From: Octopus sinensis
Taxonomy: Eukaryota
Assembly: GCF_006345805.1 (NCBI RefSeq)
Contig: NC_043005.1
Span: 30,814,001 to 30,878,000 of the forward strand
Length of the DNA: 64,000 nt
Reading direction: 5' to 3'
Shown here: positions 14,625 to 29,500 of the stretch, in pieces
How positions within the stretch are numbered: the stretch's first letter is position 1
How the letters are laid out: each line of letters begins with the position of its first letter
The notes under the pieces: generated by a model
Database searches by the model: none
What the model saw: the letters and a program-made list of their open reading frames with translations, nothing else
Told to the model about the DNA's origin: nothing
Translations under genes and position numbers: made by a program

Positions 14625-17600
14625 ATATAAACACACACACACACACATGTATATGGTCAAACTGGATGCTAAGATCAAGGGATGTCTGGAGGCTGTGGTG
14701 TAAGCTGAGTGCAGGTACTGTGAGTAAACTGTTATCTCCTAGCGATAATCTAGTTGAAATTTTTTGATCGAAAGGATAGTGTTTTCTTTTCTTTTTATGC
14801 AAACTGTCAAGTTTAGCCCAAACACCCAGTATGTCTCTCTTTCTCTTTATATATAGTACATTAAACCAACAAATGAATTTATCAAATAATTTACCTGTCA
14901 TGCCAATTTAAAATATAGCAAATATATTTGTACTATTATTGTGCACACATTTGTCTCAAGCTGTAAGAAGTAATTTCTAAATTTGGATAATGAAGCACAA
15001 AGGTATCTCTTTTAGTGCATTTAAATAAAAATGTAAAATGCTGACTTACTCGTTTAGGTGGATTGGAATCTGATGAACCTGATTAAGAAAGAAAATAAAA
15101 ATATTTTTAAAAATGCAAAATATAAAAAACAAACTATTTTTTACATTTCTTCATTTATTTCTAATACGAGCAAAACGCCCCCCCCCCCCCTCCAATAGAC
15201 GGTGCTGAGTTGTCAAACATTTAAACCAAACTTTCTCAAAACAACTTGTCCGACCGTCCCATAGGCCTCCCCTTTGAGAAACACTGATTTAACCAGCAAA
15301 AGAAGAAATAAAGATAGACTTTTTTACTATTCCAAAGAAAAACGATTTTATTCACACAAATATCCAACCAAAGAGTTTAAAGTACCAGTTGATTGGGAGA
15401 ACACAAACATGGTTTAAACAGTAAGCTTGGCTGGAAAGAAACTTGCCTTTAAGCAGTACAAAAACAACAAAAAATGGAAGGTGCAGTTATGTACAGGTTG
15501 ACGAAAAAAAAGCAGGACAAAAACGATGCATACAAATGGGTTAGCTGGAGGTAAATTTAGATGGAAAAGCATGATGAATTTATGAGAACGTACCTGGGAC
15601 AATAAGTTTATCCAATAAAACATGTAGGAAATCAACTTGGGGCGATTTTTGATGAAAAGCAACAACCTAAGGAACTAATTTGAATCACTCTAGATGGAAA
15701 TTCTCATTTCATAATTTTGCTAGGATAATATACTGCCAAGTATCAATCGTTATCAATTACTTCTTGTCTTGCATTAATGATAGCAAACACAATTTTCTTT
15801 AAAGTCATCATTATATTCAAAGAATCAAAATTTGAAATGCTCTTGGCTTTCATACCACACCAAAATCAACCATTTATCACATTTATCAACTTAACCTTAT
15901 ACTTAAGTAAGAAAATAAATAGTCTAAAGAATTTTAAAGTTCTATATCATTATTACAAATTGAAAGTACAATCTAATACAAAAGTACCTGGAAAACTGCA
16001 AAAGACTTACCTGGTATGGTGAGAGCTTCAACTGCATCTCTAGAGTGGCCAAGTTGCTGTTGCAGAGCAGATAATGATATACGAGCGCCAGTGTGACTTG
16101 GTGCTAACTCAACCACTCTTTGATAAGAATTCACAGCACTCTCAAGTTCACCCAAACAGTTAAGACATTCACCATATTTAAGCCAAACAGCAGCCTAGAA
16201 AAAATTTATTTATTTTTACAAACAATGAATAATTATAGAGTAATTAAGATAATTAAAGTGCTCTTGTGTCAAGTAGGCACAGGAATTTGTCATGTGGTTT
16301 TTAAGTTTGTTTCATAACCACATGGTTCTGGTTTTCTGCATGGTACATTGGGCAAGTCTTTCTCTATAGCTTTCAGCTTCACCCAAGACTTGTGGGAAGT
16401 AAGTAAACAGAAATTGAACAGAAGTCTATCAGATAGACTGTACCGGTCCCTGGATGGTATACTTCATACACTCATTTTTACACCATCACTTGGCCTCTGG
16501 GTACTTTTAGCAGAGTCCACCCAACTGCAAGAATTTGGACGAGTCTCCAGTCTAAGAGTAACACATGAGTCAAAGTTTCAATACTTTCTCCCTTACCAAT
16601 CTCAGAAGCCCTGTAAAATGTAGTGGATACTACTCTTCTTCCATTGATTAAGTCATAACAAAATATAAGAAGTAAAAATGAAAATAAAAAATTTAATATT
16701 TGCTGCTGCTATCAATTTGCTGTCAGCAGTAAGTATACAATGATTACCAATGGCACTACAAAATGCATATAGCTGTCAAAATAGCTGCAGTGTAAGACAA
16801 GATACTAATCATCAAGTCCTGAAGAATTAAGGCCATCCTACAGTACTTATGTCTACTCCACAAATTTCTAATGCTGAGTTTTCTATCATACCAAAAGAAA
16901 CAAATTTTCAGTCAAAAATTGCTAAAATAATCAAGTTATATTTAAATGAAAACTTCAAGGTAAATTTTATTAGTATATTCATGAAAACATGATTTCACTA
17001 TGTAAACAATTTAATTACTCTGTCCAGCATTATTTTACATGATATCTGAGTGTTACAAACTTTTGGAGATTTTTTTCTATTTTTTTTTCACTTTGATTTC
17101 CTAAAATGTTTCACTATTGACAAAAACTAGATAAGTTTCATTTTGTCAAGCAGCAATTTAAGTTCAAAGTATTTTTGAAAGAAAACATGGTCTAAGCAAA
17201 TATATGACAAGCATAAAAACCACATGTGTAATTATGAAGAACATCTTTCATCTTGAAACCAACGATGGTCATTTTTCCTCTAGCACTGACTTCAGATGCT
17301 CAAGTTGTTCACAGTAGATCTTTGTTATCATTTGGTTTTGGTTTAAAGTGGACTAAACTTTTCATATTCCACCAAACAGATAACAACACCTTACAATGGT
17401 GAAGACCTTCTTTAACCTGGGGTGCTGGTTTTTCTCCTTTCCCTACCTACTGTCATCGGCACTTGACATTTTTATAGAGAACCTATTTCTCGTCACCAGT
17501 CACTATTCGGTCATAAAAAGATTCATTCGTGAGACATGACAGCAAAGAAGAGCACACAATTACTCTCTGTGCACGATTAGACTCAGAAAGTTTGTGAGGA

Positions 17601-20514
17601 ACCCATCAACCCAATTTGATGACTTTTCCAATAGCATCCAGGGGTCAATGAATGGTTGAATGACCAAATCCAAACTTCTCTGCTAGTTCCTCAACAGTTA
17701 CAATGAGATTTTGTTTCACCAGGGTTTGCAGAATGTCCTCATCAAGGCTCATCTTCTAGGCTGTACTTTCTGGCTCGGAATTTCTGGAACCACCTTTGAC
17801 ACTGGCCTATGCTTATTGTCTGATCCCCCGATCCCCATATACTGCATTAATATTCTTCACACTTTCCCTTGCGTTGTTGCCTTTATTGAACTCATAAAGC
17901 AAAATATGCCAAACATGCTCTTTTATCACTGCCATTATAGCTTTGATAAAATAAATGTTAAACTCGAACTGCATTCTTCAAAACGTGCACTATAAATAAG
18001 GACATGGTAAAATTACTACCTGCTTTTATAGTAAGTTGATGCAGGTAGTTTATCCTGTCCCCTTCTAACTTTTATTTCATACAACTGAAAAAACTGCATT
18101 ATTTATGAGATGACCTAATACCAATGCAAAACTACCGACTGTGCACTTAACTCCAGTAGTTAAAAAGTATGACCACTCTAATTGTAGAATTTGTGGCTAT
18201 CTTATTGAAGATACAACATGAATTTAAATTAGGACAGGTTTTTACTGTGAGAAACCAATTTATTTGTTCTTTAAAACATTTAAGACATACCATCAAATGC
18301 AATGGGTGCAGCAAATATTACATTGGACAAAGGAAATTCACCTTAAGAATGAGATTAAGGATTCATTGACAAAAAACTTCCAGTAGGGGTCTGAGGAGAA
18401 AAGACTTCCAGTAGGAGTTCAAAGAGAAAAGACTTCTAGTAGGGGTTCAAGGAGAAAAGACTTCCAGTAGGTGTTTGAGGAGAAAAGACTTCAGGTAGGG
18501 GTTCATGGAGAAAAGATTTCCAGTAGGGGTTCAAAGAGAAAAGACTTCAGGTAGGGGATTGAAGAGAAAAGACTTCAGGTAAGGGTTTAAAGAGAAAAGA
18601 CTTCCAGTAGAGGTTCAAGAAGAGAAAAGACTTCCAGTAGGGGGTTGGGGACAAAATACTTCTGGTAGGGTTTCAAGAAGAAAAGACTTCAGGTGGGGGT
18701 TCAAGGAGATAAGATTGCTGGTAGTGGTTCAAAGAGAAAAGAATTCCAGTAGAGGTTCGAGGAGAAAAAACTTCTGGTAGGGGTTCAAGGAAAAAAGACT
18801 TTTCTTGGTATAGGTATTTGGGGTGGGGTGGGCAGGTACACCACAAATGACCAAACATCATGGCTGCCCTATTCCCTAGATAAAGGCCATGTAAAATATC
18901 CAAACAGATAAACCGAAAGCTACTATTTAACATATAGCATGCAAAAAGCAAGGATACAGACATAATATGAGCAAGAGAGAACAAAGTGGGTAACAAAACG
19001 AATTAAACACTTTATAGGTATAAAACCAATGGCTATTCTATGACCAGCCAAAATATTTAACTACCTAACAAAAATATATTACAGCTCTAATGCTTTAGAG
19101 CATGCTTCTTTTTATGAACTATCTATCTATCTATCTATCCGCTCAGTCGAAGTCGACTCTTGGTTAGTCATTGGATCAGTGTCCTCCAGTCAGTTCTATC
19201 CTGAGCCGCTTCTTTCAGATTGGCTATGTCCATTCTAGTATCACTTTTGATGGTATCAAGCCAGCGGGTTCTTGGTCGGCCTCTTCCTCTCTTGCCACTG
19301 ACCATTCCGAGCATGATGTCCTTCTCCAGGGATTTTCTCCGCATAATATGACCGAAATATGACAATATATATATATATATTAAAACTTAATTAATACTAA
19401 TACATTCTTTGTGCATTTTTAATTTCATTTATTTCTTCTATACAACTGCTTGTTTGGAAAAGTAATGATGAGTACAACCAAATTCAGAGCATGAGGAACA
19501 TTAGGCTGGATGAAACTAGGAACAATGGAATTTTTGACAAGGTTACATGTTTCTGTTGTTTTATAAGCAAACAGTGAAATTTTGGTGGTGAGAGGGGGAT
19601 CGCATGCAGGTTTAGATTGTAAAAAAAAAAATTAAGTTGTAGAATACAGTATGCTAAAGCATCTTACTTTATACTTCACATGGTAACTGAACTTATCAAC
19701 ATTCGACAAACAGTCACAAAAAATTCTGAGAGTTTCTCTCAATCATGGCTAGAATCAACAAATAAACAACACTTACCTAGCAAAAAATAAGAACTGACTT
19801 ACCTCATTGTATGTAGTTGAATGAACAAGAACTGAAAACAGAGATTTAGCCTCTGAGTAAAGAGCATTTTCCATATATGCTTCTGCTATATCTAGATACA
19901 GGTCTCCAACTTGTTCTATATTTTCTTCATAAAAAGGCTGCATCAAAGGCTAAGAATAAAAAATATATGCACCAATAAACTACTCATTTAAACAATGAAT
20001 GAAAAAGCAAGGTAATACATGTTATAATGTGTGTGTGTATGTGAACACACATAGACATATATGCAAATATATAAATCATATATATATACACATAAGTGGA
20101 TATATAATTATATTATATATATATATATATACATACATACACATACACGCATATATGTATACACACACCTATGCATTAAAACAAAGACTGGAATATGTAG
20201 TATCATTTTCATTCTGTGTTACATGTTTCAGTAAAAACATGGGAAATACATTATATAAATCTTAATAATGAAATAAATACAATAAATTCATATTAGATAT
20301 ATATAGTGTAAATGTAGGTTATAAAATCAATGTGAAAACTAATTTCTGTGTGTCAGTGTGTCACACTTAGACCCCACTCTCTCACTATTCAATGACACTC
20401 CAACTATTCCTCATGATGGGGTGAGAGTAATAGTAGGCATAGAGACAGTGAGGGTCTCTAAATTAAGCCACTACTGCACACCTATATATATCAATACATA
20501 CATACATAAATAAA

Positions 20515-20562
<48 letters not shown>

Positions 20563-23500
20563 CATACACACACACAATTACATGTTTTAGAAACCCCAAT
20601 AATTTTATTTACAAACCTCAACAATTTTATGATGCTTCAAATGAATCATGCAGACAATAAGCTTTGCTCGGAGGTCAATTGGTAGTAATTCAGGTGCTGT
20701 ACACCTATATAAAATAGTTACATATATGTGAGTCAGACAGTACACCATGTAGTAACACTTCACAATTCATAGAGCATCATTTAACAATCATTTATTATAT
20801 TAAAACAGAAGCAGCAAAACGAAGAAAACAAAATAAATCAAATATCTGTCCTGATATTTTCCAGTAACAGAATGAAAATGAAGTCATATTTATTTAAGGA
20901 TTTTGCTTCTATGAATTTCTATTTTTAAGAGTAATACCTTCATTCAACACTGTATGCAGCTGAAGTGAAACACGCCTGACTGGAAGCTTTTTTATTATAT
21001 TCCTTATCAAGTCCTCTGGTTTAAAGGTCTAAGTTGAGGATACACTCCAGCATTTCACCATAGAGAATATTATGTAACTGACACAAAACTGAATATACAC
21101 ATCCAGAGAAAATTTTAATATTTTATGAATTTTAAGATGTATTTGAATTTAAATTCAATCAAGAGCTGTATATTTTACTCTTTCTCTAATTTCAGTCATT
21201 GGACAGTCACATTGGGGTACTACTTTCAAGGGTTTTAACCTCAGTATATCAACCTCATACAAATTTTATTGATTTTTTTATGGGAAAGTAATTAATTTTT
21301 CATACTTTAGATGATGCATTGGAAATATGATCCTTCACACACATAATTCACAACCTTGACTTTTTTTTTGTTTCCTCTTAAACCACCTTATTACTCTAGG
21401 TAGCTTGGGAATTATGTGAATCAAGAATCAATTGATAATGTTTGATAGTGCAGGACATGATTAGGAATTCCATCCCAAATCATTAGTTTACATGCACAGA
21501 AGTCATTGGCAGATATTTTCCTGTGATGTCATTAACAACCTGCTTGCTATCACCTCTAGCAATGTTAGAAGTGATAGCAAGCTTAATGGAGAAGAGATGG
21601 AAAAATGCTGAGGAACGTAAGTGAATCTTGGAATACACCAAAATAGACAAAGTGTATGTGTCAGAAAGATCCCTATCAGTGCATACAGTAATGGCATAAT
21701 TTAATGAGAAGCTTTCAATCCAATACACGACTGGCAGATAGAGAGGTATAATCAATCAATATTTCATCAGCACAATTTATATATGACAAATTATCTATAT
21801 TATTTTTATGGAGATGTACTTAAATAGCAAGTGACCTGATCTGAGATGGTGTGCTGAAACAAAAACAATTGCAGCGTGGAAGGTGTTTATAAGTCATTTA
21901 AAAACACAGCACGGAATTTTGTCAGTGAACAGGTTGTGGTTTCAAAGCAGCGAAAATATTTTGACAAATTAAATGTAAATGTTGAAGTGAATCTAATGGT
22001 TTTTGTGTGTTTTTAAATGGCTTTTAAACACCTTCCATGCTGCAATTGTATCTACATTAGATATTTATGAAAAATAGAAGAGAAAATCAAACATAAAAGT
22101 TCATAAATTAAACTTACTTTACAGGAATTAATCGTCCATCAACCAAACCATCGGGAACATAAAGTGACTCACAACTCCAGTTAAATTTTTCAAATTCAAA
22201 AACAACACCACAGAATTTCACCAACAGCTTAAAAAATATGAAAGCAAATAGACATGCTCATGAAATTTCTGAATGAAAAGCAATATTCAAAACTTAATAT
22301 TAAGAAATTATTTCTTTTTTAACTCAGAAGACAAGACCTTTTAGTAATATCATATAACAGAAATATTATATTACAACTGTAGACAATCCCAGAAACTCTC
22401 TTCCTTTCATGTGCAGACATAAGTATCCCACTCACTACCCAAGCAAAATCTCTCAAAGAACTTTAAGAATGTCACCATAAATATTAGCATAATGGAAGGT
22501 AGATACACAGAGATCGTAGAAATACTTGAGTGATGACTATTAGATTTATACTGTAAGACAATTAGATTTATACAGGCAAGATGGAGAGAAGTCTCAGCCT
22601 TAATCTTCACAAACAAAATCCATTTATTCATTTGTTCAATGTCTATTTTTCCATGCTAACTGGCGTTAGATGGGATGATACTTGAAGCAAGAATATTGTG
22701 GCTTGATGCTTTTCTTACAAACATTTACCTGTTTCATAAGTAAATATATTTTAGTTCCAGAAGAATTCAAAAGCACAGAACAAGTGGATAATTTGTTGGC
22801 AGGAAGTATCAACAAACAACATCTGTTGTACACACACACGCAAACAAACAACAGTCTTCAGTCAGTTTCCATCTTCCAAATTCCCTCATGAGGCATCAGT
22901 TCGCCAGTTGATGCACAGTGGAAATGAACCCAGAACTAGTAGTTCACACAGTCATATCTGTGCCTATACACAGGTACATTTTTTTCTAGACAGGTAACAA
23001 TGTTCAAATGAATGATGGCATATAATAGGCAGAGAAATGTATAGAGCAACTGAAGTAGTCATAGGCAATACAACAGCAATAATCATCTTTGCATATACAC
23101 CATCAGAAGTTACAGATGATCCAAAGGACAATTTTCATGACAGCCTCTTGCAAAATCTCAATAACAAATGATAAAGCCATAAAAACTAGGAGATAGACCT
23201 GGAAAGAGTGAGGGAAAGTAAGCCTGCAATATCAGATAGCTAAACATTGGATATACTTAGCAAGGAGAGTGGTTGAAAATAAGTAGTCTGCCTAAGTTCT
23301 GTAATTTGGAGATTAGATGTATGAATTTTCTGAATTGCAAAGTAGTATAATCAGTGTGAATTGGGATGTTGGTGTAAAGTGTCAATGTAATAATATATAT
23401 ACACGCATGTTCATTACAATCAAAAATAAAAGAGGCATGGAAATGCTATGATGAGAGGTTGCTAAATGGGGAGAGTGCATCATATAAATATGGATTACTA

Positions 23501-26500
23501 TAGGTAGACCCATGGAGGCGCAATGGCCCAGTGATTAGGGCAGCAGAATCGCAGTCAGAGGATTGCAATTTCACTTCCCATACCGGGTGTTGTGTGTGTT
23601 TATTGAGTGAAAACACCTAAAGCTCCATGAGGCTCCAGCAGGGGGTGGGCGACCCCTGTTGTACTCTTTCGCCACAAATTTCTCTCACTCTTCCTTCCTG
23701 TTTCTTGAGTAACACTGCGATGGACTGGCATCCAATCCAGCTGAGGGGAACACGTACGCCACAGAAACCGGGCCCATGGTCATAAGCTCAACACTCTAAC
23801 CACTGAGCCATGTGCCTTCACATATGCATTTACACATGTATTTAAAGGGATATTTGGAAGAGAATACTTTGACATGAAATTTGCGGTGTTTGTAGTCACT
23901 GGTACTCGTGTTGTTGGGTTTTTTTTGCTTTACTTATCAATAGTTTCAAACATTCTAGAGAGTGATACTTGTATCACACAAGTGTTTGCCCCCTTAAGTT
24001 TTGATGTGTTGCCCTCTTTTTCACCAGTGCAATTCAGGATTCAAATTTCTTGGAACTACAGACAGACGACAGACCTTCTAGTATGACAGTCAGTGAATCA
24101 TGTACATCTGCAACAATGAAATATCACCACTTTTGTAGTTTCCCAGCTCATGGGAACATATAGTTGTTAGTATAGGATAGAGCAGTCACAATTCTCTATT
24201 CATCTATACTATTGTGTCCTCCATAGATGTGCTTTTGGTATCCAGGTAGTGGAGTCATGGGCTTGCGACAAGTGCCTATGACAGAGAGACATCACATGTT
24301 TAAAAGGAGAGAAAGGAGCACAGAAAAGTGGTCGTACTGAATAAGTTGACGGCAATTACCATGTACGTATGCATGTGTGTTTGTATGAAGCATATAGGTA
24401 TATATACTTGAATGTACATCTGTACCCTTTGGCAACAACATTTATTTATGAAACTGGAAATACATACAGGCAAAAATGTTGTTTTTTTTTTAAATAAAAA
24501 TGTGTAGACAAACAGAAGATTTGGTTTCAAATATTATTTCAGTGAACATAGGTAAAGAAAAGTAGTTTACAAAGTGCTGTTGAAGAGAAAATCTTATATT
24601 AGTTCAATAAATACAACTAAAGCGTATATTTACCTCAAGAGATTCAACAAATATCTTCTGTGATATCTGCATCTCCAGAATGGTATTAATATCTTCAAAA
24701 AAAAAATTATTATGAATTTAAATATACACTGGAAAAAAGATTAATTTACAAAAACACTTCAAAATAGTCTGCAAGAAATTTAATGGAGAAATACCATGAC
24801 TACTAACACCACCATCACTTCATATTTGCTTTCCATGCCAGCATGGACTGGATGGTTTGAGAGGATCCAATAGGTTAGAGAGCCACATCTTGCTGCAGTG
24901 TTTCAGTTTTGGCATAACTTCTACAGTTGAATGCCCTTCCCAATGCCAATCACTTTATAAATTGTACTGGATGCTTTTGGGGCAGGTCTAGCACAAGTGA
25001 GATCACCTTGTAACTTAAAAGACTGAAGAGGTCCCTTAACTGAGAAAAAGAACAATAGAAATGTGTCAATGGGAAGGGCAGAAATAGATCTATTATTGTG
25101 ATGGGGATTTCCTGACTTCATAGCATTATATGTGCGTGAAAGGGAAAGAATGAGGTGTAGCTTGAAAGAGAAAAAAATGGTAGTGATCATGTGCCAGACC
25201 ATAATCTTAAAATACAAGAAAATGATAAAAGGATGTAAACACAGAAAATCAGAAAGAGTAGATGGGTAAAGTTGCAATAATATAAGAGATGATTAGAAAT
25301 AGGAGTGAGAGTGAATACAGTGAATGGTGAACAAAAGTGGAGGGTGGCTGATGGTAAATATGAGTGTGGGATGGATGTCAATAGAAGTGATTCAGGGAAG
25401 AGGGAGTGATGACTAGCAATACAGAAAGAGTGAGCAGCAGAAAAAATACAATACACAGGAATAAGATGACAGATTGATAGCAAACAGTTTGAAGTATGTT
25501 GAATGAAATTTGGGAATACATGTGCTTTCTGCTGGCTGATTTTCGATTATCCAGTGTGTACTAGCATGGTATTAAATATAAGTCCCAATATTTTAAAATA
25601 TACTGTCATTGCTCAGTTGTATGTTGAGTGTGATGTTGTATTCAACCAAATGTTATGGTAGCTATTTTTTCTGGGTTGAGTGAAAGATTTTCTTTCTAAT
25701 GTTCTAGAATATAATGTTTGTAGCAATGGGAAAATTGTTTGGAATGTTGTGTGAGGGTTATTGCAAGAGGTAGCGGCTTAGAGGTGATCTATATATGCAA
25801 ACTTTTTATAAATTCAAGAATTCAGGCTTCAAATTTAGCATGCATCTTCAAGTAGTGGCTAATCACACTGATTAAATCACGGCTGTTAGAGTTATATTAA
25901 CTCTAAGCAGATGGGTGGTAAAAGTATTGCGACAAATCCAAACAAAAACGGATAGCCATACATAAATACATATATATGCATACATAATCACAAAAAATTG
26001 TGAGTAAACAAACTAACCTTCTGATGTGATTAAATTTGGGTAATTTTTACAAGCCTTTTGTAATGTAGACAAAGCTGTAGACAGATCGCCAGCTTCAAGA
26101 TAAGCCTGTTAAAACAAAAATTAGAAAATACATAGGTTAAAAATGATAACATGTAAGATGATTACAACTACTTGAAAATAAAAAAAATATATTAATGGCA
26201 AAATCAGTGACCAATGGTTGCTTATTTTTCTATATATTGTGAGCTGGAGCGAATCCCTGCCATTTCTAGCAGTTGGGTGTTCATAACTGATGATGGGTAC
26301 AAGCCCAAAACTTTGATTTTGTGATCTCATCGTCTGCAAGAGGATGATAGGGGTTTACCTCCCTGCTTGCAATATACACAGAGTGCAGGCTGCACCAGTA
26401 ACCAGCTGGCAGAGGGTCTGCCAGGAAATAAAACAATAGTAACATCAAACAGCCATATTGATGTGGTGACAAATATTACATCTTAGTATGGTTACTACTT

Positions 26501-29500
26501 CCACCACTTATTGGGATTCATATATATGTAATATTCCTATGTAAACAGTCATTTGCTAGAGGACATGCATTCCTGTCCCTACAGTTGAGTATATACATTA
26601 ATATATTTCTTTTATTGCTTTTTTTTCATTTGAGCCATGCAGCTCAGGTCATGCTGGAGCACCACCATAATTTTATAGGATGTGTTACAAAAGATTTCAG
26701 ACAAAGGAACACTAAAATCATATTAATTAAGCTGAAGTGAAGAATGAGTATATGTGTGTAGTTATTTGTCAAGAAAAATAAAATATATCCATTCCAAAAT
26801 ATAACAATGTCTGTTTCAGCACATGATTTCACAGGAATCTTGCAAAACAAACACATAAATGTAAAAAGAAATATATATTTCTTTTATGTGTGTATGATGA
26901 TACATACATTAAAAATGAAAAAATTGTAGTGTGTCAAGAGAAAATGTGTGACTTTACAAAAGCTATCAGAAGTGTTCCACAGCCAGGCATGCTACTACCT
27001 ATTCTCATCCAAATGTACTATATCTGGTCTCTGCTGACTTGAGTTATTTTGAGAAGGATGACAAAAGTTGCCAGTCTCAGCATTGATAATTTGCTGTAAA
27101 GATTACACCAACACAAAGATTTAAAGCAACATTAAGTAGGTGCAATGGGACATCAGTTTTCAAATTTACAAATGTAGAAGCTTTGGCTAGCTTCTCTTTG
27201 ACTTCTGCAAAAGATTGCAAAGCAGTAAAGTTGAGCATGATAGGACTGTTCTTATTTCTTTCACAAAGTAAACCTGTTAAGGGTTGAATTGCTTTAACAT
27301 AATGGTATAATATATCTACAGAAATTAATGACCTAGAAATTTTCTCACAAAATCAAAGGGAAATCAAAGGGAAATCAAAGACTGATCTTACTTTTTTCAC
27401 ATATTAGTTGAATTCCATCCTTATCAATAGCATGTTTCAAGTAGATTAGGGGAGAAACTTGGTATTTACAGTTCTGAGGATTAATAATCCCTGCTCAATA
27501 GGTAGAGAAGGTTTTGGGAGAAAAACCATAAGGTGTACCCAGTGCGAGTTATGGACATAAGAGGTGCAGCAGTATCATTGGATGACTAACAGAGAAAGTA
27601 GTCTTTACATGTCGCAGATGTATAGGTACATTAAATACAAGGAATGTACAAAAAACAAACTCCCTGCACACTTTAGAAAGGGCATCCAGCCATAGAAACC
27701 ATACCAAAACAGACATGGAGCCTGAACAGCCCTTCAGCTGGCCAGCTCCTGTCAAACTATGATACTACAACATATTCATGCCTGCACTTAATTATATACG
27801 TTCCAAAATACAAGTGTGTTGTGCAAAGTTTCCATTATTAACCTTGTCTTTCTAGAGTAATTTATTCTTTGTGTGTGTACACATCCCAAAAATGTAACTA
27901 AGTTACATACACATGGTCTTCTCACATCAGAATAGTTGTAATCATCTTACAGAGACTTATTTTTACATATGTATTTCTTGACTGTATGTGATACATGAGA
28001 AACAAAGAAATTTTCAAAAACAAGTACAAAAATTAACTTCCTACAATTGTTATCTATTAGAAATTATACTGTTTTCTAATGACAAAATGAAAATGTTCCA
28101 TCAAATAAGAAAAAATTTATAAAATTTAAATTGAAATTCCATTGTTAAAATTATATTTTAAAATATCTTCAATTGATGGGTGGTCAGATTACATAAACAA
28201 ATAGAAAATGAAACTTTTAACTTTCACATACCCGTGAAGTATCCCTAGCCAGTCTCCAGTAATCTTCAGCATCAGCACCACCAGCAGTCATTAACTGAAG
28301 AATGCTTTGGTATCCTTCCAAAGCTTTTGAATGTTCATCAATTTGTTCATATAAATTGCACCTCGCCCAAATATAATCTGCATTCGATGCATCACACCGG
28401 ATTGCTAGTAATAACGAAGAGAAAAGGACAATAACAAACAATGAACAGTGTATCTGGTGGGATCTAAATATGAATAAATGTAATGCTACTTCTTTCAACA
28501 TTCAACAAAAATCCAAGTGTTACTCTAAGATAGCAACTCCAAAAATTAAGCTACACTAATAACTATACAAAAATACCAGTGAGAAGTCTTTTGATGCAGG
28601 TAAAATAACATTTTGACAACTTGTTCAATGATTTGAACAGTTATCAAAATATTAAGTCAATGTGTTTATATCTTTCTCATTTCAAATAATACCAACTGAA
28701 GTAAAAAAAAAAAAAAAAAAAAAAACTCCTCCATTGTAAATTAACATTTATAGATAGTAACGTAATAGAATTTTTTCATTTGTTTAATGTTATATAAATC
28801 ATGAAATTGAAGCAACTGCATAAATTATTAAAATAAATATGCTTAACCTTTTTGATTCCCACCCACCTAATACTGTTCTGATTCTATAACAAAATATCAG
28901 GTTTTAATCTATTCTTATTTAAATTAAAACCTCCCACCATGATTTTATATATGAATCTTCTGTGAAGTTGCTATGAATAACATAAATAAATGGAAAAGTT
29001 AGCTATTTTTATAAATCCTGCCAAATTCTAGACAATTTTCAAAAGATTTAAAATTACATTTCTTCTCTAAAGCTAATCAGTATCAAAATAATTAAAAGAA
29101 AAGTCTATATATATCTTGATTTCTTGCACTAGCTTTGGTATTTTCTTTCTTACAAAACATTGTCAAACTGTTTTAATATCTGTTTCAATATAAATAGCTG
29201 AAATCAGCAGAATATTTAGATACATAAACATATCAATTTTAGTAAAATAAGCTTGTAAGAAAATATAAAACCTTAACTGAGCACAAAGTGTAGCTGGTGG
29301 GATCTAAATATGAATAAATGTAATGTTATTTCTTTTAATATTCAACAACAATCCAAGTGTTACTCTAAACTATCAATTACAAAAATTAAGTTTAAAGGCG
29401 GGAAATTACAAAAGAAAAATAGTAATTCTTTAAACTTTATCACAAGCAGAATAAAGCCAATAGCTGAAAAAATTTCTTTTAAAATAACAATTACCTTTAC

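Noticed and set aside
18371-18803. CRISPR-like appearance of the 28-bp array
   Set aside because: Units are contiguous with no unique spacers, there are no cas genes, and the context is eukaryotic.
21483-21755. 90-aa ORF with RGDS, possibly an RT fragment
   Set aside because: No second RT motif could be identified.
23514-23590. tRNA genes (also near 11235, 3820, 60130)
   Set aside because: A/B boxes are present but the cloverleaf is not intact and each continues into a SINE body.
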